From the sequence record NZ_CP090789.1: a stretch of 64,000 nucleotides of DNA, one strand, 5' to 3'. A model generated the notes under the pieces. That model saw only the letters and a list, made by a program, of their open reading frames with translations. It made no database searches and was not told the origin of the DNA. The position numbers and the translations under genes are program-made. Shown in pieces: positions 37,576 through 47,267 of the stretch. This DNA is from a plasmid. Each line of letters begins with the position of its first letter. The first letter of the stretch is position 1.

Positions 37576-37983
37576 TCAACCCGCGACGAAGGCACCGGCA
37601 TAACCAAGCGCGATCGCGCGACGGTACGCTTCTTGGACGGCGGCCGGCTGCTCGGTCAACGGTTGGTCGTTTGCCGACCCGGGATGGTAAGCGCTGAAGC
37701 CGTCAACTTCCGTGACCCGGCGTGCCATCAGGGTTGCCGGCAAGTCGTCGCCCAGGCACAGCGTCAGCTCGTGATCGTCGAAGTAACCCAACGGCACAAT
37801 GTCATCGGACGCGACAGTCGGCGCCGGTGAAGCGGCCCACGCGGTCGACCAGCGAACCTGTTCGGCGGGCGTGCCTTCATTCACGAGCTTCGAGCCAGTC
37901 AGGACGATGCCCCACTCGCCAAATTCGATCAGTGGGCCGGGAATCGTGATGCGCTCGACGGTACTGCGAGGGTGATAAGTCAT
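37576..37983 (-). CDS. Hypothetical protein (135 aa)
   Basis: Plausible operon member. Confidence 0.35.
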   Translation of the reverse strand: MTYHPRSTVERITIPGPLIEFGEWGIVLTGSKLVNEGTPAEQVRWSTAWAASPAPTVASDDIVPLGYFDDHELTLCLGDDLPATLMARRVTEVDGFSAYHPGSANDQPLTEQPAAVQEAYRRAIALGYAGAFVAG

Positions 37984-38129
37984 GGTGGTGTGGTCTCCTG
38001 CAGGTTGATCAGTAGATTCGGCTGTTCAGTTGAACAGCGTCGATAGCGTACTAAGCAAGACGGCCAGGGCCGTCAGGCCGGCGGCGATCATGTTCAAGGT
38101 CGCCAGCCCTTGCGACCGGGACGGCGAGC

Positions 38130-38939
38130 TCATGGCCGACGCTCCATGGGTTCCGCCGCGCACTCGGGGACAGTCGCAGCAGCCGCGCTAGGTGTCGCGG
38201 AAGGGAGCGCGCCGGTTCTGAGCAGTGCAGCCGAGCGTCGATCGAACTCGTTAGGCCGAAGCGCCATCCGGACCCGGTGGCACCATCGTGGCCAGCGCGA
38301 AAACACGAAGCGATCGAGGAAGTAGTTCGCCAGCGTCGCGTGCTCGACGCACAGCCGCCAGTCCGCGTAGCGCTGCGCGTCGGAGGTCGGGATGGAAACG
38401 AACCGTGCCCGGCCCTCGACCCCTGCTCCTGGGGCTGCCTCGTACGCGACGCGACGTGCGCCCATGCTGTCCTCGAAGGCGCGGTGAATCATCTGGCACT
38501 GGGACAGGTGGCTGTACAGGCGGGGGTCGATGTCGGACAGCTGGCCGATCGCCGGCGTGTGCAGCGCGAACAGGCTCGGCCGCCGATCGGCGAGCTTCCC
38601 GACCACGAACATGACCCGGCCCTTGGCCCGAAGCGGTGGGTCGACGCCCGCCACCTGCTGCGACGCCTCGGCGGCTCGCGCCAGGCTCATGCCGGCCGCG
38701 GTCAGCTGTTGCAGGTCGGGCAAGATCATGCCGGCCGCGATGCGGCGTTCGCGACTGCGGGCGGCGCCGGCCACGATCCATGCGCCGGCCACGCCGAGCA
38801 GACCGCCGGTCGTCGCACCGATCAGGGTCTGCCAGCGGTCGAGCTGGTCCCAAAAGCCGTCCGGCGCGGCGGCCGGGACCGACACCGGCTGGCACATCTG
38901 CGCGGCCGTGGCGGTCAGTTGATAGAGCATGGCGGTCAT
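38130..38939 (-). CDS. Hypothetical single-pass membrane protein (269 aa)
   Basis: N-terminal transmembrane helix followed by a cytoplasmic domain. Co-directional with the flanking genes. Confidence 0.4.
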   Translation of the reverse strand: MTAMLYQLTATAAQMCQPVSVPAAAPDGFWDQLDRWQTLIGATTGGLLGVAGAWIVAGAARSRERRIAAGMILPDLQQLTAAGMSLARAAEASQQVAGVDPPLRAKGRVMFVVGKLADRRPSLFALHTPAIGQLSDIDPRLYSHLSQCQMIHRAFEDSMGARRVAYEAAPGAGVEGRARFVSIPTSDAQRYADWRLCVEHATLANYFLDRFVFSRWPRWCHRVRMALRPNEFDRRSAALLRTGALPSATPSAAAATVPECAAEPMERRP

Positions 38940-38986
38940 CTCAGGTGTTGTTCTCAGACAAGGTCGTGTCGATCAGCGAGTGCGCT

Positions 38987-39424
38987 TCAGGTCGCGAGGC
39001 CGTGGTCGGCCAGGAATCGCTCGAGGCGCTGCAGGATGTTTTTGCCGAATGCAACCATCTCCAATCGCGTGCCGTCCGGCCAGCTCACCCACCGCTCCCC
39101 GTCGTCGTTGATGGCGACCGCGTTGATGGCTGCCCCGCCTATGGCACCGCTGTTGTGGTCGGTTGCCGGGTCCGGCCGCTTGAACTCCAGTTTCATGTGC
39201 TTCGCCTTGTTGGCGACGTCCGCGCAGAGCAGCAGGTCCGGCTCCTGCCGCAACGCGTGACGGTCGGCTTCAGCGATTTCCCCTTTGAGGTAGTCGGTGA
39301 CGTGGTACGCAGTGACGAAGAAATTGAACACGTGGTCGATCGACGGCTCGCGGGCCAGGCGGGCGAGCTCGCGCCGAGCCTTGCGCAGCATCGCCGCGGC
39401 GTCCGTCAGTTCGAAAAAGCCCAT
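38987..39424 (-). CDS. Hypothetical protein (145 aa), first gene of a minus-strand operon
   Basis: ATG 39424 with a GAGAGG RBS 6 nt upstream. The ORF-track extension to 39640 lacks an RBS. Confidence 0.45.
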   Translation of the reverse strand: MGFFELTDAAAMLRKARRELARLAREPSIDHVFNFFVTAYHVTDYLKGEIAEADRHALRQEPDLLLCADVANKAKHMKLEFKRPDPATDHNSGAIGGAAINAVAINDDGERWVSWPDGTRLEMVAFGKNILQRLERFLADHGLAT

Positions 39425-39877
39425 GCGTGACCTCTCGGGGGCCGCCCGCCCCTCGCGGGGCGGCCCAAGGTTGAACAACCTGCAGCCCGCAAGGTATCCG
39501 ACTCGGAGACGGCGCACCACAGGGACACGGGTCGCGGCCGCTACGCCGCGGGACTCACAGGGGCTGCAGCCGCGCAGTTGCGCGAACAGCAGCCCGAGCA
39601 TCAGGACGGACACCGCCCAACCCCGCCAATCATCTGGCATGGGACACCTCGCTACCGGATAGCCGACCGGGTCGCCCGCCGGCGGTCTCGGGGCAGGTCG
39701 CGCATCGGCCTGCGCTTCGTATAGCTCGGCCGAGCCGCGTGTTCGACGCCAAACCGCCGAAACTGCGCGAACCTAGGGAAACTACCTACTTTCCGCCCCT
39801 CCCCGCTCAGGGCCAAAGCGCACTCTCGGGATTCTATGGGATTAAATGCAATGCCGCTAATAAGAATTAGCGGCATT

Positions 39878-39906
39878 GAGTGGCTTAAAAGAAAAACCCG
39901 ACCGCG
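39878..39906 (-). terminator. Intrinsic terminator on the minus strand after the 66-aa gene (stem CCCGGC.../...GTCGGG followed by T5CT4); an adjacent perfect 11-bp inverted repeat AATGCCGCTAA/TTAGCGGCATT lies at 39850-39877
   Basis: Seen directly: GC stem plus a T-run on the minus strand. Confidence 0.45.
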
Positions 39907-39925
39907 GCCGGGTTCTTGCTGCATC

Positions 39926-40126
39926 TTACTGCTCGACGTTGCTTTGCGTGACCGATTTCGGCAGTGGAACACCCCATTCCGTCATCAGTTTCGCTGCTCC
40001 GTCCCAGATGAGATCGAGAACGTGGCCGTCCTCGTCATCTGGATCCAAGTGTTGGTCCTTGGCGGATTCCCGCCAAGCTTCATGCCAAGCTTCTTCGCGC
40101 TTGGCTTCTTCAAGGTCGATCGACAT
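39926..40126 (-). CDS. Small acidic hypothetical protein (66 aa)
   Basis: GGGAG RBS upstream and a terminator directly downstream. Confidence 0.4.
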   Translation of the reverse strand: MSIDLEEAKREEAWHEAWRESAKDQHLDPDDEDGHVLDLIWDGAAKLMTEWGVPLPKSVTQSNVEQ

Positions 40127-40519
40127 TGGATCGGCTCCCTACTGGTTTGCCGCCAGGTCTGCTCACTGCCACGGCCGCCGGGCGCTTCACGCCACGATAG
40201 CGATCTCGCGGGTTCCGGCGCCGCAATTTTACAGAACCAGGAGCCATTCGTCACTCCCGGACCGGCTGCGGTCCTCAGGGCGTCGCCCCAAGCGGCTTGG
40301 CGGGCCTTTCTCGGTCCACGGTTCTCGCCGGCTTCTGCGTCCACGCAGCGCATGAAAATACGGTTCGCGCAGCTGGCCTGTCTGGCTTAAACCTCCATCG
40401 CGCCCCGCTCGAGTTCTTTGAGCGCGATCGCATCTGTCTCCGCCTCGCCCATCGCTAGCTTTGCCTCACTTCGGGAATCCGCCGCGTCGTTGCGCGGCAA
40501 ATTAGCTGCGTAGTTTCGT

Positions 40520-41270
40520 ATCAGCTCATACGATAGCTATCCGATAGCTTATGCCGCAATAGCCGGAGCCCACGACAAGCCCGAACGCTCGCGTCTCAGC
40601 GAGATTGATAGACGATATCGGATAGCTATCTGATAGCATCGTCGCGCCATTAAGGACCGGTTCCGTTGAAGCAGTCACCGGCGGGTCACCGCCCTGTCAT
40701 GGCGACCTCAGTAGTTGTGCAAGGGCATTCCGCCGCTTTAGGCGGTATCGGATAGCTAGCTAGTAGCCACCTGATAGCGCAGGTCAGATCTCTGCGTCTT
40801 TACGATGCGCCGAAGCGGGCTTACCCGTACCGCCCCAATAAAAGCTATCGGATAGCTATCTGATAGTAGCGGTAGCGTACCCCGTGACTGCGTCCGGTCC
40901 CGTAGTCACGGCAGAGTCACGGTCTCCGTGACTCCATTGTCACGCGTAAGGCAAACGACGTGACTGGGCCGTAGCGTCAAAGGACGGGTCTCCGCTTACC
41001 TTGATATCCGCTAGCTATCTGATAGCCGAGATCTCCAAACAAGATAGCTGATAGCTATCCGATAGCATCAGCGCTTGAAAAACAATCATCGGTCACCGCT
41101 CGGCCAGCTTGCGGCTATCCGATAGCTACCTGATATCATTCCGATACATGGCCCGCGCGGTATTGGAAGCTATTCAATGCAGGCTCGGTTCGAAGTATGC
41201 GCCATGGTATCCGATAGCTATCGGATACCTATTGTCTCCCTTTATCGGGTAGCTATCCGATAGCTTACGT
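40520..41270. repeat. Centromere-like repeat array upstream of parA, built from the 10-bp palindrome GATAGCTATC and GATAGC half-sites in direct and inverted orientation
   Basis: Seen directly. At least 9 clusters such as CGATAGCTATCCGATAGC, GGATAGCTATCTGATAGC and GGTAGCTATCCGATAGC. Confidence 0.75.
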
Positions 41271-41292
41271 TTGATGCACGGAGGTACAACTG

Positions 41293-41979
41293 ATGCCAGT
41301 TATCGTATTCGTTAGCCCTAAGGGTGGGGTCGGAAAGACGACCTCCGCCTTGGTCTTGGCGGACCAACTCGCTCGCCAAACAGAAGTTACCGTCATTGAT
41401 GCAGATCCGAACAAGCCGGTCGCGATGTGGGCCGCAGGGGGCGCTAAGCCGGAAAAGCTGCATGTTGTCTCTGACGCGGACGAAGAAAACATCATCGACA
41501 AGATCGAAGAAGCTGCAGCGAAGACGCCTTTTGTGATCGTCGACCTCGAAGGCACTGCTGCAAAGATCGTCATTCTTGCGGTAAGCCAGGCGGACCTGAT
41601 TGTGATCCCAATGCAGGGATCGCAGCTCGATGCCTCTCAAGCATCTCGTGCTCTCAAGGTCGTGCAACAACAGGAAAAAATGTCCCGTCGGAAGGTTCCA
41701 TATGGCGTGCTCCTGACGCGGACAAGTCCCATCATCAGGACCAAAACGATGAAGCATCTGACGGGCTCTTTTGAATCAGCTGGGATTGATCTCTTCTCCA
41801 CGGAGTTGAACGAGCGTGAAGCATTCAAGGCGATGTTTTCGTTCGCCGTTCCGCTCGACAAGCTTGATCCAAAAGAAGTATCGAACCTCGACAAAGCCGT
41901 CGCCAACGCCGAAGAGTTCGCGAGCGAAGTTATCGCGAAGCTGCGGAAAGAAATGGCTCAATCGCAACAGGTGGCATAA
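41293..41979 (+). CDS. parA: ParA/MinD-family partition ATPase
   Basis: Deviant Walker A motif VSPKGGVGKTT, 228 aa, GGAGG RBS. Confidence 0.85.
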   Translation: MPVIVFVSPKGGVGKTTSALVLADQLARQTEVTVIDADPNKPVAMWAAGGAKPEKLHVVSDADEENIIDKIEEAAAKTPFVIVDLEGTAAKIVILAVSQADLIVIPMQGSQLDASQASRALKVVQQQEKMSRRKVPYGVLLTRTSPIIRTKTMKHLTGSFESAGIDLFSTELNEREAFKAMFSFAVPLDKLDPKEVSNLDKAVANAEEFASEVIAKLRKEMAQSQQVA

Positions 41980-42420
41980 ATGGAGCGCAAAAGTCCATTT
42001 GACTTGGCTGGCTTTGAGCCGCGCCAACCTAGTCGACAAGAAACTCGGCCTTCTCCCGAGGTAGTGGACCGGATCGCGGCAGAGACGGGCTTCCCGAGCA
42101 GATCCCCAGCGCTCGATTCCAAAAGCGGCGGTGGTGGAGTAGCGGAGACGGAGCCCACCTTCGCACCGGTCAGTGCGCGAACAGTTGCGACGGTGAGCTC
42201 GCAAGCAGCCGCGAGATTCGAATCAGGACCGACGGACCTCCCCGCAGATAATCGTCGGAGAACCGGCCGGAACATTCAAAAGAACTTCAAACTGACCGCT
42301 CAGAACATCGTCGACCTCGAGTTCGAAGCTTCTCATGCGCGGATCACGTTCGGCGAGGTCGTCGAGCGAGGGATCGCTGCAATTCGGAAACTCCGTGAAA
42401 TGGGGATAGACGATTACTGA
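41980..42420 (+). CDS. Small centromere-binding partition protein (ParG/ParB-like)
   Basis: 146 aa immediately after parA (stop and start abut). The C-terminal basic, RHH-like segment RRTGRNIQKNFKLTAQNIVDLEFE fits type Ib partition adaptors. Confidence 0.55.
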   Translation: MERKSPFDLAGFEPRQPSRQETRPSPEVVDRIAAETGFPSRSPALDSKSGGGGVAETEPTFAPVSARTVATVSSQAAARFESGPTDLPADNRRRTGRNIQKNFKLTAQNIVDLEFEASHARITFGEVVERGIAAIRKLREMGIDDY

Positions 42421-42485
42421 TTCCCCTCTGATAGCTAGCTGATAGCTAGCTGATAGCTATCCGATAGCCATCGGATACTAGCTAG
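42421..42485. repeat. Second block of GATAGCTAGC/GATAGCTATCCGATAGC repeats immediately downstream of the par operon
   Basis: Seen directly: CTGATAGCTAGCTGATAGCTAGCTGATAGCTATCCGATAGCCATCGGATACTAGCTAGG. Confidence 0.7.
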
Positions 42486-42819
42486 GGCAAAAGAAGGGGT
42501 AGCGGCGCGACTCGAGAGATCGGTTAAGGACTTTCTATCTCTACTTAGAGCAAGCCCCGTAGGGGCGCGCAGGCCCGTAAGGGCGTGGCCGCGGGGAGGC
42601 GGTGGGCAACTTGGGGACCCCGGAGCGAAGCTTCCGGGGCTGTGCACAACCCTGTGTTGTGCGCAGCCAAGTTGTCCACGGACGGGCGCGATACAACCGC
42701 TTGCCCTTGATAGCTCACTGGTGTTGTTATTTAAGAAACAACAACCTTTTAAAACCTTTAGGACGCTGAGATGCCCACGGGACGTGCCTTTGCGGGCATA
42801 TAGGTCGTACTTTGTGGGT

Positions 42820-43560
42820 CGTACGGTCGGAGTCTATGGGGCCGTATCGGACTGAATGGTCGGGCTTTATGGGAAAGGTCAGGGTTCATGGGGTGAATTA
42901 GAAGGTTCAAATGTACGTCATAACCCCCTGAATCTATGAAGTTTTCAATGCCGTCCTCTCAGAGGTCATGGTTTGTGGGGCGATGGGTCGGCGTTTGTGG
43001 GGCATGGCTTCGCAAACTTGGTGAAACTCGGTGCGCATGGTCGAAAAGTCGTTCTTTATGGGGCGGACATGCGCGGAGAGTGACCGCTAACACACGCGTA
43101 AGCCATTGATTCACAACAAGCTAGCAAGAGGTCATGGTTTGTGGGGCGGCTGGCCGATGTATCGGCCGGCAGTTCTTGCGCTGCAGAAAGGTCATAGTCT
43201 GTGGGGCGGAGGCCGCGCCTCGACTGCTCTACGCCTCCGGCTAACCTCTCCCCCCGGGATCGGCGAAAAGTCATGGTTTGTGGGGCAACCCGACAAAGTA
43301 GACGAGGTGCCACGCGAGTTTAGAAGTCGTGGTTTGTGGGGCGCGTAAAAGGTCGTGGTTTGTGGGGAGTCGAAAGGTAATGGTTTGTGGGGGGGCGGGC
43401 GAAAGGTCGGTGTTTATGGGGAATTCAGTGCGCCCGTCCATGAGCTGGATACGCGGCTGACCGTGACGTTCGAGACGCCGCACTAATAGGTCATGGTTTA
43501 TGGGCAGCCGAAAGGTCGGGATTTGTGGGGATGACATCAAAGGTCATGTTGTTTGGCTTG
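42820..43560. repeat. oriV iteron array: about 15 copies of the ~20-bp iteron AAAGGTCATGGTTTGTGGGG(C), with degenerate variants, upstream of repA
   Basis: Seen directly. An AT-rich segment with the GTTGTT-N-AACAAC inverted repeat lies at 42700-42760. Confidence 0.8.
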
Positions 43561-43609
43561 AAGGCATTACCTTTCGCGTCTAGAATGAAGCGCAAAACGC
43601 GAGGTAATA

Positions 43610-44830
43610 ATGGGATCACCAAAAGCAGCTTCGACCGCGAGCTCAAACGCGGTATCCACTGAGCTTCGCAAGCATGTCGCGACGGTCCACGTAGGGGGTG
43701 ACCTCGGGCTCCTTGATCGCAAGCTGGTGAACGTCTTGGCCTTGAACGCTTACGACGAACTACTTACCAAGAAGACACATTCAATCCCAGTCAGAATCAT
43801 GAGCGAAATGCTCGGATTCGATAGCAAAAATACCGACGCGCTGAAGAAGGCGCTCAAGAAGATCACGACTACGCCGATCGAGTTTGACTTGCTGCACGCG
43901 AGTGGCGAGAGTGACTGGGACGTGTCGACGTTGCTAAGCCACGCAGGTATTAAGAACGGGGTTTGTACCTACGAGTACAGCAATTGGCTGGCAAACAAGC
44001 TAGCCAATCCGGACATCTACTTGCTGATCAACATCAACGTGCAGAAGCAGTTCAACGGTGCATATGCCCTCGCGCTGTATGAGAATTGTCTGCGCTTCAA
44101 GCGCACCGGATCTACGGGTTGGATTTCCGTGGAAATGTGGCGGAAGCTGCTTGGCGCAGAGGCAAGCACCTACGACGAGTTCAAGCATTTCAATGGCGAA
44201 GTGATCAAGAAGGCGGTGAAGGAGGTCAATACCGTTTCCAATATCATTGTGACGCCTGAATATAGGCGCGCCAACCGACGCGTAACAGACATCAGATTTC
44301 TGATAGAGGAGAACCCTCAAGCGTCCGTCTACGACGGGAACGATGACACTGAGCACGCGGCGATCCGGTCTTCGGAGACATACCGGCGCCTTCGCGATCT
44401 CGGCATCGCGGATCGCCTCGCGACGCTATGGATCCAGCAAGAGCCAGACCGAGCCGCAAGGGCTGTTGACTACGTCGAGGACAAACGCCGCCGTAACCAG
44501 ATTAAGGGCAACGCTGCGGGCTATCTACGAACTGTTTTCGAAGGCGGTAGTAGCCTAGAGGTTGATTCGGCGCCGCCACGCGAAAAGGCAGGGCAGCCCG
44601 CCGTCGCCAGTAAAGAGCGTGAGACTGAAGCGGAGCAACGGGCGGCAGCAATCTCCGCCGCGATCAGAGCCCTTACGACAGAGGAGCGGCATGCATACGT
44701 GATGCAGTACGTTGCTGATGGTGGGAAGGCAACGTCCTACTTGGAAGCGAACGCCACGTTTCGGAATGTGCTGGAGCGCACCGCGTACACATCGTGGTTG
44801 CGAGCGAAGATCGGGGCGACCCTCGGGTGA
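43610..44830 (+). CDS. repA: Iteron-type plasmid replication initiator (RepA, Rep_3-like)
   Basis: 406 aa directly downstream of the iterons, with a GAGG RBS. The central region resembles winged-helix initiators. Assignment rests on context plus general similarity. Confidence 0.7.
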   Translation: MGSPKAASTASSNAVSTELRKHVATVHVGGDLGLLDRKLVNVLALNAYDELLTKKTHSIPVRIMSEMLGFDSKNTDALKKALKKITTTPIEFDLLHASGESDWDVSTLLSHAGIKNGVCTYEYSNWLANKLANPDIYLLININVQKQFNGAYALALYENCLRFKRTGSTGWISVEMWRKLLGAEASTYDEFKHFNGEVIKKAVKEVNTVSNIIVTPEYRRANRRVTDIRFLIEENPQASVYDGNDDTEHAAIRSSETYRRLRDLGIADRLATLWIQQEPDRAARAVDYVEDKRRRNQIKGNAAGYLRTVFEGGSSLEVDSAPPREKAGQPAVASKERETEAEQRAAAISAAIRALTTEERHAYVMQYVADGGKATSYLEANATFRNVLERTAYTSWLRAKIGATLG

Positions 44831-44911
44831 ACGGCTGATAACCAAACGAATGGTTGCAATGGCTCGGAGTGGGCCACCGTCTCGGTCCGCATCCGATAAA
44901 GCTGTAAGCGG

Positions 44912-45163
44912 CTATTCGTCGGACTCGTTCGGTTCAACGCCGCGTTGATGCCATTCGAGAATTTCTCGAACATACGCCCGGCCCATTGCGGGAAGTGCCC
45001 GAAAGTCTGATGATTCGGAGGGAAGTAACCACTTATCCAGGGTGCGGATTGGAACGCTGATGCGCGCGGCAAACTCGGCGCGCGTCATACCGAGCACCTC
45101 CATTGCATGGCGGAGCTCATCTTGCTGCGATACGTCGACGGACTTCTTCTTTCTCGTGGCCAT
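44912..45163 (-). CDS. Small HTH regulator, paralogue of the 58356..58634 protein
   Basis: 83 aa from ATG 45163. The two proteins share the block QQDELRHAMEVLGMTRAEFAARISVPIRTLDKWLLPSESSDFRALPAMGRAYVREILEW, about 55% identical over 60 aa. Confidence 0.5.
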   Translation of the reverse strand: MATRKKKSVDVSQQDELRHAMEVLGMTRAEFAARISVPIRTLDKWLLPSESSDFRALPAMGRAYVREILEWHQRGVEPNESDE

Positions 45164-45485
45164 GTGTTGGCTGAGTGGCCTGGATACCAGGCAAATTGTT
45201 ATCTCAACTGGCGTGCCTCGACCCATCGCGCAGTAGTGCTCGATGCGTTTGTGAAGATGTTCGGAGCACGCCGCGTTCCCCCTTCCTGCTTGCCATATCC
45301 CCGGTGGGGATATAACATGGAGCGGTGGCGATAGTGTATCTGAACAGTGTAGCAGCGGATAGTTCGCGCTCACCCGCACTCCCGCTGACCACGGTTACGT
45401 ATGAAAAATCTGAGGTATTTGGTCGCATCCGCAGTGCGTTGCTCCGGAGCGGCCCCGTTTATCGCCGTTCCTGCTACCCACCGAC

Positions 45486-45848
45486 ATGAGATCTATCAGC
45501 GTTGAAAAGATCCTCGTTGCGAAGCGACACGCGATGGGCTTGTACTTCCATGTCGTCTGTCCGTTTGATGACGACGATGGGTATGACAGGTTCTTGTCGT
45601 TCCGATCGAGTGAAGAGATGGTTGCGAGTGAAGAGTGGGGCGACATCACTCTTCAGGCCGCGTCCAGGCTATACGCGCTCGAGCAGCTGCAGAAAATTGT
45701 CAGAAGCGAAGCCATACGTACCTTGTGCGTTTTCCTCGACGTCAGCCCGGACATCGCCGCGACGGCGCTAGCCCGCGTCAAGACCTCAGGCTCTGGCGAG
45801 ACGGGCATTTATACCCGCTGCCGATACGATGGCGTAATTTTCGAATAA
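45486..45848 (+). CDS. Hypothetical protein (120 aa)
   Basis: ORF only. Confidence 0.35.
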   Translation: MRSISVEKILVAKRHAMGLYFHVVCPFDDDDGYDRFLSFRSSEEMVASEEWGDITLQAASRLYALEQLQKIVRSEAIRTLCVFLDVSPDIAATALARVKTSGSGETGIYTRCRYDGVIFE

Positions 45849-45867
45849 CGGTAGAGAAGAGGGCACA

Positions 45868-46476
45868 ATGTCACGATCCGGTTACAGAGAAAGAACGGCG
45901 ACAGCGGCGCTGCACGGCGGTCAGGTTTCCCGCTCAGTCCGCGATGACTGGGCGGGCGTCGAGCCCGCGCATACATACAAAGAATGCGCGCCCCAGCTTG
46001 TGCTTCGACCCGACGGGGCACAGCTCGTGCCGACAGTCTCGCGACTGCTTATTGAGCTCGTTGCTCTGATATCGATCGCAAGGTACGCTCATTTGCACCA
46101 TTGGAACTTTCCTTGGTGGCTCCCTCTTGGAGCAGCGACAATTCTCTTTGCCCGCGCCGGCTGGATTTGGTTGGGGCTGAAGACTGACAGCGCCGTAGTT
46201 GACCGGGCCAGGATCACCTTCCATCGCGGCGTGCTAAATCGGGCCTCTTCGAGTGTGGAGTTCGCGAGAATTCAGAACGTTCTGGCGTATCAAGCCTGGT
46301 GGCAGCGGCCGTTCCGAATCGGCACGGTGCTGATTCAGACCACCGACAGGTCGTCGAAGAATTGGGCGATCGCAGGCGTGTCGCGCCCGCATGAGATGCG
46401 CGAGCGCATCCTCCGTGCCGCACTGGCGACACGCCACTATCACGGCACTTCTGAAGCCCTTATTGGGGCGTTGTGA
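45868..46476 (+). CDS. Membrane protein with a bacterial PH (bPH_2/DUF304-like) domain
   Basis: Two transmembrane helices followed by RITFHRGVLNR...IQNVLAYQ...RIGTVLIQT, typical of YdbS/YdbT-type PH domains. Confidence 0.5.
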   Translation: MSRSGYRERTATAALHGGQVSRSVRDDWAGVEPAHTYKECAPQLVLRPDGAQLVPTVSRLLIELVALISIARYAHLHHWNFPWWLPLGAATILFARAGWIWLGLKTDSAVVDRARITFHRGVLNRASSSVEFARIQNVLAYQAWWQRPFRIGTVLIQTTDRSSKNWAIAGVSRPHEMRERILRAALATRHYHGTSEALIGAL

Positions 46477-46662
46477 CAGAACCGCTAAAGTTCTGGCTGC
46501 TACTGCCGTAATCCGAAGAAGACCCCGACTGGGGGGCGTCGGAGCCACTCCGGTCGCCCCCAGTTCACATTCCCGCCCCTCCTGTTTCTCCTCGAGCGCC
46601 AGCCGCCGGCGGCCGATTCAATCCGGCCGCGAAACGTCAAATTGTAACAAACCCACCGCTGT

Positions 46663-46683
46663 CCCCAATGGGGATATATAATA
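46663..46683 (+). promoter_or_regulatory. Conserved 21-bp motif TCCCCAATGGGGATATATAAT (a near-palindrome adjacent to a TATAAT -10 box); copy 1, upstream of the pil cluster
   Basis: Seen directly. It recurs at 58649-58669 with the centre flipped (CCCCATTGGGG). Confidence 0.5.
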
Positions 46684-46896
46684 GCGTCGCTCTGGTGCGG
46701 CCCAGCTTCCCGGCGCCGACGCCTCCCGCGTGATTTGAATCATTCGCGTTGACGTTTGATGCTATTCATCGTATTGTTTGATGCGATCCGTTGTCACGAA
46801 TCGTATCAAACGTGAAAAAAACCGATGAAGCGTGGAAGGCTGCCGGCCGACGTGGCATTACTCGTCCTTTCTTTGATTACGAGGAAAGGGTCAGAT

Positions 46897-47175
46897 ATGC
46901 CCGCGGTAACGAGAAAGGAGCTGCTGCAACTTGGGCAGGTTTTCGCGAGCTACGAAAAGTCCCCGTTGGCGATTTCGTTGAAAGAAGTGTCGATCGATGG
47001 GAATCGCTGGTGGCGAATGGTCGTGACTTTGCCGGACGGCCGAGAGTTTGACGTTCAGACTGCGCTGGCGAAAACGAAGTTGTTCCGCAGGGCGGATATC
47101 GCCCTCGACTTCGTGAAAGACACCCTGCCCAGCGTGGCCGACGTACGATTCGAGTTTTCGAAGCAGGAACAGTGA
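46897..47175 (+). CDS. Small hypothetical protein at the head of the pil operon
   Basis: ATG with an AGGAAAGGG RBS. 92 aa. Confidence 0.4.
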   Translation: MPAVTRKELLQLGQVFASYEKSPLAISLKEVSIDGNRWWRMVVTLPDGREFDVQTALAKTKLFRRADIALDFVKDTLPSVADVRFEFSKQEQ

Positions 47176-47267
47176 TGTAGGGAATTTACAGCCTGAACAG
47201 GTGTTGGCGCACCTGGAAAGGAAGTGGCCGCATCAGGTGTTGGCGCACCCGATACGGCCTGACCAGT

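Noticed and set aside
42820-43560. Regularly spaced ~20-bp repeats that could be mistaken for a CRISPR array
   Set aside because: The repeats are contiguous or only a few bp apart, with no unique spacers of 25-40 bp. They are degenerate in the way iterons are, and they sit directly upstream of a Rep-type initiator gene. No cas genes are present.
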